In this document: one piece after another, positions 18,222 through 25,292 of the stretch | Numbering within the stretch: position 1 is the first letter of the stretch | Layout of the letters: each line of letters starts with the position of its first letter | Virus record (IMG/VR): IMGVR_UViG_3300017747_002433 | Coordinates: 1 to 25,305 of that record | Length of the DNA stretch: 25,305 bases | Source of the DNA: a virus | Lineage: Duplodnaviria; Caudoviricetes | Reading direction: 5' to 3' (one strand) | Notes under the pieces: generated by a model | The model's input: the letters and a program-made list of their open reading frames with translations, nothing else | The model's database searches: none | What the model was told of the DNA's origin: nothing | Position numbers and translations under genes: made by a program

Positions 18222-18914
18222 CTAGTTATACCTACTTTCCATAAACAATTTAGTTTTTTTATCCGCATTTTGCAGATTGGGTTTTGTGCTACTAAGTCTA
18301 CCTGTAACTGCTACACATTGATTAAATGATCCATGTAGATAGTTTTTATTCCAACCCATTTCTTCAATTAGCTTGGTGTACCCTTCTAAGTATGTACCCC
18401 TAAGTTTTTCAATTTTACTATATTCTAATATAATTTCTATTACTTCTTTTGCAACACCTTTTACTTTTAAACTTCTTAATACAGGTTCGTTTACTTCCCA
18501 TTGTGTATGTACTTCAGTGATTCCTTTTTTTATTCTTTTAAAACTTTCTTTAGTTTCTGTTTTAGGTAGAGGTTCCACAATTCTAGGGAATGTATGTACT
18601 ATTGTTTCTATTTTACACCTCACCTCACCAGCCTTAGCCCCTGTTTTATAAAAACCAACTGGTATTCTAATGTGTTCCTCTATCACACCCCCATATAGTA
18701 CACTAGATAAATCATAATTTGAAGTGATTTTTACTGAGTTACTACCCACTAATAGATAAAAACGAGTTAGAAGTTGATTAAGTGTGCCTTCCAATTCTTT
18801 AGCATAAGTCATTGCTTTATCTACATTGAAATATATACCATTACTTTCCATGTCCAATAAGCATAGTAAATCCATACACTGTATTTTAAATAGCTTGTAT
18901 AAATTAGGATTCAT
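18222..18914 (-). CDS. polA: Family A DNA polymerase, middle fragment (thumb plus first palm strands)
   Basis: LLDMESNGIYFN, ILEYSKIEKLRGTYL and LHGSFNQCVAVTGRLSSTKPNLQN; ends just before motif A. Confidence 0.92.
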   Translation of the reverse strand: MNPNLYKLFKIQCMDLLCLLDMESNGIYFNVDKAMTYAKELEGTLNQLLTRFYLLVGSNSVKITSNYDLSSVLYGGVIEEHIRIPVGFYKTGAKAGEVRCKIETIVHTFPRIVEPLPKTETKESFKRIKKGITEVHTQWEVNEPVLRSLKVKGVAKEVIEIILEYSKIEKLRGTYLEGYTKLIEEMGWNKNYLHGSFNQCVAVTGRLSSTKPNLQNADKKTKLFMESRYN

Positions 18915-19102
18915 ATATCTATTTTGAGTATTTTTGCTAAAAATCCTAGGTGATCTAATTTATTATCAAAATATGGATCGTTACTAGGACAATATCCAAA
19001 ATTCCATTCTACCATTTCATCAACTTCTCTTTTTAAAAATTTATATTTTAATCTTAATTTCAAATCGCGTTGAGGATGGTTTTCATAATAATCGAATTCC
19101 AT
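18911..19102 (-). CDS. Hypothetical 63-aa protein, translationally coupled to the thumb fragment
   Basis: GGAG RBS; its TGA overlaps the thumb-gene ATG (ATGA, 18914-18911). Confidence 0.7.
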   Translation of the reverse strand: MEFDYYENHPQRDLKLRLKYKFLKREVDEMVEWNFGYCPSNDPYFDNKLDHLGFLAKILKIDI

Positions 19103-19246
19103 TGTTTAGCTCCATTAAATTAATCGTGCCGGTGACGTTATCCGGCTTGCCATAAGGCAACGTAGAGATAACACAATGGATGCATCCTACCAGCCGAACG
19201 TCTCTCGACGCGGGTTGCGAACCCCCTGACACTGGATTGTGTTATC
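19098..19246 (-). ncRNA. Structured cis-regulatory RNA candidate (family unknown)
   Basis: GC-rich intergenic island. 11-bp stem 19236-19246/19167-19177 encloses CCAGU/GCUGG, GGGUU/AACCC and CGUC-GAGA-GACG (GNRA loop); followed by hairpins UUGCC-UUAU-GGCAA and GCCGG-N9-CCGGC. The GNRA loop and G-U pairs favour the - strand. Confidence 0.7.
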
Positions 19247-19943
19247 AATTCAAATCATACATATTATCACCTACCAACACTTCAACTTTAGTTTCTAAAT
19301 TGAAATCTAAATTAAATATTCTATTAATATTAGCAGGTACATCCCTAAAAACACCATTTATTAATTCTACAGTGGTATTAACCTCATCTTTATGTACATC
19401 AAAACAAATACTATCATGCACTGTGTTAATTATAACACCATTAATACCGGCTTGCTTCCATCTGCGAAGCAAACTAACTCTTGCAATTGATACAATGTCT
19501 GCGCCAGTTCCTTGAACAATATAATTCTTTATTTGGGTACTTGGCAACCTCAAGTACCCTTCTGTTTTCAAATCCCATGCAAATGTTCTACCAAAGGGTG
19601 ATGTTATTTTACCAGTAGTAGCAACTTGTCGTATCATTTTATCATGCCACTTAGCGATACCTGAATATTTTTCATAATATTTTTCAATCACTTTTTTCCA
19701 GTATCTCTCTGAGGAGGATACTGATGTAAAATCTGGATCTTCTACAAATGAATACTCATTCCCACCATATAGTATTCTAAACTTTAATATCTTTGCAATG
19801 CCTCGAGAAGGCAATCCAAATGTACGTTCGTTTTCAGAATGAATATCAACACCCCTATTTAATTCTTCTAATAATACTTTATCTTGAGATAGCCAAGCAG
19901 CAACTACAATTTCCAATCCCTTAACGTCAGCTTGCACTATCAC
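19245..19943 (-). CDS. polA: Family A DNA polymerase, C-terminal fragment (palm/fingers; motifs A, B, C)
   Basis: Begins at motif A (IVQADVKGLE); DIH; motif B RGIAKILKFRILYG; NYIVQGTGAD; motif C TVHDSI. GTG start overlaps the exo-gene stop (GTGA). Confidence 0.93.
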   Translation of the reverse strand: MIVQADVKGLEIVVAAWLSQDKVLLEELNRGVDIHSENERTFGLPSRGIAKILKFRILYGGNEYSFVEDPDFTSVSSSERYWKKVIEKYYEKYSGIAKWHDKMIRQVATTGKITSPFGRTFAWDLKTEGYLRLPSTQIKNYIVQGTGADIVSIARVSLLRRWKQAGINGVIINTVHDSICFDVHKDEVNTTVELINGVFRDVPANINRIFNLDFNLETKVEVLVGDNMYDLN

Positions 19944-20470
19944 AAATCAATCCCAGTAAATTGTTTATACTGATGTTTAAACACATTTTCAGTGCAGATA
20001 ACATCATATTCATTATATTCTTGTAAAGTTGGCAAAGGTATTTCATCTGTATCAATGCCTCTTTCCCAATATTCTGTTTTAATCTCATCTAATTTAAGAT
20101 GCAGCCCATATTTCTCACAAGCTTGATTTAAACTTGGGTATGGATTTCTTTGACTATCTAGCATAAATTCTGCAAGTTGACAATCCCACACTTGTCTAAT
20201 ACTAAGTACATCTACACCTAGACGATTAAGCCAATGTAAATCATACTTAATATTAAACCCAACTACAATGTCAGCATCAACAATCTGTTGTTGTAAATAT
20301 GTAATATTCCGTGGTCTATAGAAAAACTCAGGGGATTTATCCATCCATTTAACTACTATAGACATCAACTTATTGTAAGTTGATAGAGGATGCCCTCTTT
20401 TATCATTTGGTTTTCTATTACCAGGATATTGAAATATAGTGCTTTCTACATCTAACGTTAGTATTTTCAT
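19940..20470 (-). CDS. polA: Family A DNA polymerase, 3'-5' exonuclease fragment
   Basis: ExoI TLDVES, ExoII GFNIKYD, WDCQLAEF and ExoIII YNEYDV. Confidence 0.92.
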   Translation of the reverse strand: MKILTLDVESTIFQYPGNRKPNDKRGHPLSTYNKLMSIVVKWMDKSPEFFYRPRNITYLQQQIVDADIVVGFNIKYDLHWLNRLGVDVLSIRQVWDCQLAEFMLDSQRNPYPSLNQACEKYGLHLKLDEIKTEYWERGIDTDEIPLPTLQEYNEYDVICTENVFKHQYKQFTGIDL

Positions 20471-20625
20471 TTCCAGTCATCGATGCTATCTATAGTTTGA
20501 TGCGCCCATTCTCTTGCCATTTCTTCAGTAAGAAATTCCTCTATATAATGATATAGTCCTTCATCATCATAGTATTCAATTGTGTATGCATCTTTGATAC
20601 TATTATAGTTTATTTGATACCGCAT
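20467..20625 (-). CDS. Hypothetical small acidic protein
   Basis: GAGG RBS before ATG 20625; ATGA overlap with the exo gene. Confidence 0.65.
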   Translation of the reverse strand: MRYQINYNSIKDAYTIEYYDDEGLYHYIEEFLTEEMAREWAHQTIDSIDDWK

Positions 20626-20658
20626 GCAAATGCCTCTGTATTTAACACCCAAAAGAAC

Positions 20659-20667
20659 ATTATAGCA
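20659..20667 (-). promoter_or_regulatory. Candidate extended -10 promoter upstream of the polymerase genes
   Basis: TGCTATAAT in the helicase-to-polymerase intergenic gap; no good -35. Confidence 0.45.
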
Positions 20668-20698
20668 AACAATAGTATTAAAAATCTAGTAGTGTCAT

Positions 20699-21868
20699 TC
20701 ATAATTCTGAATATCTCGCTTTAAATGGTTCTATTTTAACTTCACATCTATGTTCACCAGGCACAAACTTATTTTTTACCAACCGTAAAAATCTAATATC
20801 TTCATATCCTGTCTCAAAACTATGACCGACTCCAATGATAAAATCAGCTTCACTTGATTTACTAGTGTGTGCATCTTTAATATCAGTGTGTTGTAACCAT
20901 TTCTTGTTCTCTGCCGTAGCTCCTGCTTGACAAACAGCTATAAATGGTGAATAAGTTTTAGCCAATTCCCTTGCCCATGTATAAATGTTGCCTAGCCTAA
21001 TATCTTCTCGATCTGCCTTGAATCCATGTATTTTATCAATATTATCTACAATAATCAAGCCTGGGGTGTATTCTTTGCATATAGATTCTACTTCCCGTTT
21101 CTGTATCATAGGCATGTTGTAAAAATGGAACAGTTTTTTAGTTTCTTTATCAAATTTCTCCTGGAAAATTGACTCATTACGCTTAATAGTATCTATATCT
21201 ACACCGAAATATGCTTGAATTACTCGCATTTTCATTCTAGCACCGTTTTCTTCATTAAAAAAGAAACAACATGGTTGATCTAATTGACTAAGCATATTAG
21301 ATACTTCGCTTGCAATGAATGTACTTTTACCTGCATTGGTTCTAGCAAAAACAAAGCCAAAATCCCCTTTGTGTATTCCACCAATCACTTTATTTAGCCA
21401 AGGTAGACGCCATTGTAATCCGCCATTTCTATCAATTTCAGATAGTAAGTCTGAAATACTATCAGATATTTTATACTTATCCCAATTTTCCTGCGGAAGA
21501 GTGTCTGTAAATGAATGTATCACTTCCATAAGCTTATCTACTGTTGATTTTCCTTCAGCAACATCAATTGCAGCTAATGCAACATTATGCCCCCATAGTC
21601 TCTCACAATAAGTGTGGATTATGCTACTTGCAGCATCCTCGGAAACATCCAAAGCTTCCAAATCATTTAATACACCAAGTAGTGTACTATCTTCTTGTAA
21701 ACAAGCGAGTTTAAACTCTGAAAATGTAATGTCTCTGTCTAAGTTGTTATGTAATGACACTAACACCCTAGAAAACACTTTATTATTATCGTTTTGTATA
21801 TATTTATAGTATTTTAGGTAGATACTTTTAACAAGTAGCAGCTTGTATATTGCTAGTTCTATTGTCAT
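20699..21868 (-). CDS. Replicative DnaB-like (SF4) helicase
   Basis: FARTNAGKST (Walker A), FFNEE, IIVDNIDK, AVCQA and SKSSEADFIIGVG. Start at ATG 21868 behind GGAGGAGG with ATGA overlap. Confidence 0.9.
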   Translation of the reverse strand: MTIELAIYKLLLVKSIYLKYYKYIQNDNNKVFSRVLVSLHNNLDRDITFSEFKLACLQEDSTLLGVLNDLEALDVSEDAASSIIHTYCERLWGHNVALAAIDVAEGKSTVDKLMEVIHSFTDTLPQENWDKYKISDSISDLLSEIDRNGGLQWRLPWLNKVIGGIHKGDFGFVFARTNAGKSTFIASEVSNMLSQLDQPCCFFFNEENGARMKMRVIQAYFGVDIDTIKRNESIFQEKFDKETKKLFHFYNMPMIQKREVESICKEYTPGLIIVDNIDKIHGFKADREDIRLGNIYTWARELAKTYSPFIAVCQAGATAENKKWLQHTDIKDAHTSKSSEADFIIGVGHSFETGYEDIRFLRLVKNKFVPGEHRCEVKIEPFKARYSEL

Positions 21869-22446
21869 CCCTCCTCCGTACAGAATTGCTTGATGAATTC
21901 CTGTTCCTTTGCTTCCCATGCTGCTTTTCTTGCTTCCCATGCTGCTTCCCATGCTGCTTCCCATGCTGCTTCCCATGCTGCTTTTCTTGCTTCCCCTACT
22001 GATTCCCATGCTGCTTCCCATGCTGCTTCCCATGCTGCTGCCCCTGCTGCTTCCAATGCTGCTGCCCCTGCTGCTGCCCCTGCTGCCCTTGCTGCTCTTG
22101 CTGCTGCCCATGCTGCTTTTCTTGCTGCTTCTAACTCAGCTTCCGTAGCATCTCCGTTAGCATATCTCTCAGATACATCATTTGTTTGTTTAGCAACACC
22201 AGAAGGGTCGAGATGCTCTACTGTCCTTGTACACCATACAGCATATAGTCGTATCTCCCTATCATACCCATGCACTGTTCGTAAACACCAGAGAGCATCA
22301 TCAAACCCATTGCTTTCAAGTATCGTGGCAAAGCTAAGGGGTTCATCATCTGGTTTTGTTTTACCTAAGTGATTTAGCAGTGTTTCCCATCCATCGGGAC
22401 AGGGACTATAGGATCGTATCTGATTCAGTGTTGTGTATAGCATCAT
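21865..22446 (-). CDS. Phage protein with C-terminal AAWE repeats
   Basis: N-terminus TTLNQIR..SPC.DGW..LL..LGKTK.DDEPL...NGFDDALWCL is a pattern common in phages, followed by Ala/Trp/Glu repeats. Confidence 0.85.
   Translation of the reverse strand: MMLYTTLNQIRSYSPCPDGWETLLNHLGKTKPDDEPLSFATILESNGFDDALWCLRTVHGYDREIRLYAVWCTRTVEHLDPSGVAKQTNDVSERYANGDATEAELEAARKAAWAAARAARAAGAAAGAAALEAAGAAAWEAAWEAAWESVGEARKAAWEAAWEAAWEAAWEARKAAWEAKEQEFIKQFCTEEG
21911..22131. repeat. Degenerate coding tandem repeat, 12-nt unit GCTTCCCATGCT
   Basis: Multiple exact 12-mers interspersed with GCTTTTCTT and GCCCCTGCT variants. Confidence 0.95.
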
Positions 22447-22456
22447 TTTAAAATCC

Positions 22457-22525
22457 TTATTATTATTAATATAATTACTCTTTAAAAGAGTAATTATTAT
22501 ATTAATTTAATTAATATTAATATTA
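22457..22525. other. AT-rich tract with 13-bp palindrome; candidate replication origin or operator
   Basis: Only 4 G/C in 69 bp; ATAATTACTCTTT-A-AAAGAGTAATTAT at 22471-22497; intergenic between the primase and helicase regions. Confidence 0.5.
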
Positions 22526-22538
22526 GGGTAACACCAAT

Positions 22539-22718
22539 TCACTTGGTTGTCAATGCAACAATTTGTTCTTCCAAACGCTGTATTTTAATCTCTAGTTCAT
22601 CAGTATATTCAAGCACTTCTGTGTAAAGACAATATTCACCATCATCATCCTCAATTGGGTATACCTCGTAAACACCATCTTCAGGGTAGTAATCAAAATC
22701 TATAGAGTAACGTTTCAT
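22539..22718 (-). CDS. Hypothetical acidic protein
   Basis: MKRYSIDF...DDGEYCLY..V plus coiled coil; TAATG overlap defines the start. Confidence 0.65.
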   Translation of the reverse strand: MKRYSIDFDYYPEDGVYEVYPIEDDDGEYCLYTEVLEYTDELEIKIQRLEEQIVALTTK

Positions 22719-22996
22719 TATGCTTGTTTCCTTGGATATATTGAATCCGCTGTTTCTTTTATTGTATCCCAACACACACCAATATCTGCATTATGATTTT
22801 CTAGCACTGTTTTTAGTACATCTAAACATTGATTTGCTGTTAAATCACCTCGCACTTCCATTACATCTGTAATGTCCCATACAATTGCAATTTGTCTTGT
22901 GGGATCATAACAATATTGCCTTTCCTCCTCAAGCCATTCTACCTCATCCTCTAATGCCTGTAATTCATTGTATAATTCATCTATTGATTTTTCCAT
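22718..22996 (-). CDS. Hypothetical phage protein
   Basis: 92 aa, AAGGAG RBS, IVWDITDV...HNADIGVCWDTI. Confidence 0.75.
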   Translation of the reverse strand: MEKSIDELYNELQALEDEVEWLEEERQYCYDPTRQIAIVWDITDVMEVRGDLTANQCLDVLKTVLENHNADIGVCWDTIKETADSIYPRKQA

Positions 22997-22997
22997 T

Positions 22998-23747
22998 TTA
23001 GTTGCTCCTTGTTAAAATTTCTAATTCTTCATAAGTATATTCTTTTGGATCTTTCTCTGAAAGTATTGAATGGCATTTAAACCCTTCAGATCGAATCCTA
23101 AGCGATTCTTTTACAGAATGCAGGTGCTGATCCTCATCTAAAAAAATAATCGTTTCTAGTGGCCTTAAAATTCGAATTAAGGCTAGTTTAATTTTAATAT
23201 TTACACCGAACAACGGCATTGTATATTTTCCAAGCTTTGAAAGTTTTATGGCTGAAATTACATCTTCCACCAAAAAAAGCGCATTTCCTTTGACGTTGCC
23301 ATGACCGACCCCCTTACTTAAAAAATATATAGGGTTTACTGTTTGAATATATCCCTTAGTGAACCACTTACTTTTTGCATTCTTAGAAAAACATCGTGCT
23401 TGGTAGGCTATCAAAACCTCATCATTCCAAAATGGGAAAATTAATTGATTGTATTCCGCACTAAATAACACCACGTTGTGTAGCAAATCTGATTTGCTTA
23501 GTTGGTATTTATCAATCCAATCTAACGCCTGGGCACTGTAATTAATATCCACATCCCCAGGAAGGGCTATTGTTTGTTGTTTCGGAATTGGTTTTTCTAT
23601 GTAATGGGAATAAGAATTATTCTTAATTGTATAATGACATTTGAAACAGAACGACCCGCCATCCGGGTATGTCACCAGATTATCCTGTGATGTATCATGC
23701 CCGCTAGACTGGCAACGCGGGCATGCTGATTTGGTTATGCTAGTCAA
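22998..23747 (-). CDS. DNA primase (Zn-binding domain plus TOPRIM), stand-alone
   Basis: CPRC...DNL..YPDG.SFCFKC, YQAR, LVEDVISAIK, FLDED and KDPK; TTG start. Confidence 0.88.
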   Translation of the reverse strand: MTSITKSACPRCQSSGHDTSQDNLVTYPDGGSFCFKCHYTIKNNSYSHYIEKPIPKQQTIALPGDVDINYSAQALDWIDKYQLSKSDLLHNVVLFSAEYNQLIFPFWNDEVLIAYQARCFSKNAKSKWFTKGYIQTVNPIYFLSKGVGHGNVKGNALFLVEDVISAIKLSKLGKYTMPLFGVNIKIKLALIRILRPLETIIFLDEDQHLHSVKESLRIRSEGFKCHSILSEKDPKEYTYEELEILTRSN

Positions 23748-24133
23748 AGTTTAAGTGGCGCGAGGATAGCGAAACAATTATCGTTAATATCTACCCGCGC
23801 AGGGTTGTTGCCGTTGTATTGAATTTTGAAATACCCCGTTCTATTTTCAGATTTTACTAGCTCATATATTATGATTAAATATTTTGTGTCAAAATTAGTA
23901 GCTTCTCCTGAGGGTTTTTCGGGAATCGCTCGCTGATAATTCAATGCGAGGGGTGTTGAATTAGCATTATAAATAGCATGTCCAGAACGTATTTCTACAT
24001 TGTTACCATTTAAAGTAAAACTATCGAAACTCGTTAAAGATAATAGCGTTTCATTGTCAATAATAAATTTAGCATTTATTTTATCATTTTTTAATATTTT
24101 CTTACAAGCGCTGACTTCGTGTTTATTTAACAT
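23744..24133 (-). CDS. Hypothetical protein, partial beta-clamp-like
   Basis: NYQRAIPE, NFDTKYL and C-terminal AILAPLKL echo DnaN motifs; by-eye resemblance only. Confidence 0.5.
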   Translation of the reverse strand: MLNKHEVSACKKILKNDKINAKFIIDNETLLSLTSFDSFTLNGNNVEIRSGHAIYNANSTPLALNYQRAIPEKPSGEATNFDTKYLIIIYELVKSENRTGYFKIQYNGNNPARVDINDNCFAILAPLKL

Positions 24134-24149
24134 TATATAATATCCTTTA

Positions 24150-24527
24150 TTAATTAGTCCTGAAAATATAGAATCCATCAGTGTAAAGTTCGCTACCATC
24201 ATACGTGCTAAAATAATTCCCATATCCGTCAGAGTCTAAACAATTTTGTACGGTGGTTTTCCAGTCTATTTCCAGCCACCATGGAATTTCTTGCAGGGTT
24301 GGAAAGTAGCAATCCTTTATCAATTCTTCTTGTGAATCCTGATATATTTCTCTGATTGAGTCTTCATGAATCACGCGAAACATCATGCCATCAAGTTCGA
24401 TGATGAACTCTGAAGATGGCATAGCCGATTCTATGATGTCTATGTATTCCGCCTTCATATCGTCGTCAGATATATCAATAGAATATTCATTTGCTATTTC
24501 TAGTAAAATATTTTCAGCTGTGTTCAT
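24150..24527 (-). CDS. Acidic early protein, possibly anti-restriction (ArdA-like C-terminus)
   Basis: Very D/E-rich; IPWWLEIDWKTT...DGYG...YDG...FYIFR; AAGGA RBS. Confidence 0.5.
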   Translation of the reverse strand: MNTAENILLEIANEYSIDISDDDMKAEYIDIIESAMPSSEFIIELDGMMFRVIHEDSIREIYQDSQEELIKDCYFPTLQEIPWWLEIDWKTTVQNCLDSDGYGNYFSTYDGSELYTDGFYIFRTN

Positions 24528-24528
24528 T

Positions 24529-24663
24529 TTAATATCCTTTTTTGTATAATGATAATGCTACACATTTTTGATATTGACCGACTATATAATATAATTTTAT
24601 AGTTTGTTTTATTTTCCGCAGCAATCTGATGCGCGCCCGGGGTGAATTTTTTTGGTAATTCAC
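24529..24663 (-). CDS. Possible 44-aa basic peptide (not in the ORF track)
   Basis: Strong AAGGAGG before GTG 24663; MNYQKNSPRARIRLLRKIKQTIKLYYIVGQYQKCVALSLYKKGY. Overlaps a promoter-like region, so it may be a relic. Confidence 0.3.
   Translation of the reverse strand: MNYQKNSPRARIRLLRKIKQTIKLYYIVGQYQKCVALSLYKKGY
24575..24589. repeat. 15-bp direct repeat TGACCGACTATATAA, copy 1
   Basis: Identical to 25278-25292. Confidence 0.9.
24596..24624 (-). promoter_or_regulatory. Candidate early sigma70 promoter
   Basis: TTGCTG-17 nt-TATAAA, with an upstream A-tract, followed by the 15-bp repeat. Confidence 0.45.
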
Positions 24664-24680
24664 GCTTGCCTCCTTAAAAA

Positions 24681-24842
24681 TTATAGAACATGAGTAGTAT
24701 CTGTACGATATACATCAATACCTGCGGTGCTTTTCAATTTCCAGATCCTAGCCGCCTGTTGGGCGGCTTCATACGATGTACTAGCCTGGATTGTCTGCTT
24801 TCCTTTTTTGCAATGGACAGCTAAAAAAGTGTATAGTATCAT
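24681..24842 (-). CDS. Hypothetical early protein (53 aa, not in the ORF track)
   Basis: MILYTFLAVHCKKGKQTIQASTSYEAAQQAARIWKLKSTAGIDVYRTDTTHVL; GAGGAGG RBS; ATGA overlap with the upstream gene. Confidence 0.75.
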   Translation of the reverse strand: MILYTFLAVHCKKGKQTIQASTSYEAAQQAARIWKLKSTAGIDVYRTDTTHVL

Positions 24843-25096
24843 GCCTGCCTCCTCAAAAATTCCGGTATCTTCTCTCCAATGCCCGGAGAGACACTAAAAA
24901 AAAATGCATTTTCGCTAGAATACTGAGCATCCAATATGATGCAATATTGATTTTTATCGTGAATAACGCGCCCATATTTACCAGCAAGCATACTATTATA
25001 GGTGACATCAACTGAATGATGCCAATTCATGCGATATTCATCACATAAACTATTCAAAAATCCCTGTACTATGTTGTATTTTTCCCAGCGGTTCAT
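24839..25096 (-). CDS. Hypothetical early protein
   Basis: 85 aa with AAGGGGT RBS. Confidence 0.65.
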   Translation of the reverse strand: MNRWEKYNIVQGFLNSLCDEYRMNWHHSVDVTYNSMLAGKYGRVIHDKNQYCIILDAQYSSENAFFFSVSPGIGEKIPEFLRRQA

Positions 25097-25277
25097 GATT
25101 ACCCCTTGTTTTGATTAAAAAAACGTTGTTTACCTGCTCTCAAGACTCATGGTAGCTGCAACGTGAGATCATTATTTCATACCCAATTCAAAAAAGATAA
25201 TAAAATTTTTTTATGCTGTTTGGATAATGTATAAAGAAAAGCTTATACATCACACGCGCCGGCCCAAAACATTGACA

Positions 25278-25292
25278 TGACCGACTATATAA
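25278..25292. repeat. 15-bp direct repeat TGACCGACTATATAA, copy 2
   Basis: Identical to 24575-24589; overlaps the palindrome TATATAAATTTATATA (25286-25301). Confidence 0.9.

Noticed and set aside
19190-19235. Hammerhead ribozyme on the + strand (three stems with CGAA and CUGA linkers)
   Set aside because: The core lacks CUGANGA, GAAA and UH, and the GNRA loop and G-U pairs favour the - strand. An in vitro cleavage test would settle it.
18911-19245. Group I/II intron or intein joining the polymerase pieces
   Set aside because: Too short, no intron core, homing endonuclease or intein terminal motifs, and cis-splicing would give the wrong domain order.
19167-19246. tRNA (GGUUCGCAACC resembles a T-arm)
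   Set aside because: No acceptor, D and anticodon arms in the right order.
19180-19515. + strand 111-aa ORF across the RNA element and pol gene
   Set aside because: Antisense to a conserved gene, with no convincing RBS or protein-like features.
21869-22111. MGSS-repeat N-terminal extension of the helicase in the ORF track
   Set aside because: It is an alternative frame of the stop-free AAWE repeat. The helicase has a strong GGAGGAGG RBS and ATGA-coupled start at 21868.
21911-22131. CRISPR array
   Set aside because: Contiguous short coding units with no unique spacers.
21890-22372. + strand ORFs with ASHA and MLLP repeats
   Set aside because: Antisense shadows of the tandem repeat.
24750-24768. 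GC hairpin AGCCGCC-TGTTG-GGCGGCT as a terminator
   Set aside because: Lies inside the 53-aa ORF (EAAQQAA) and has no U-tract on the coding strand.
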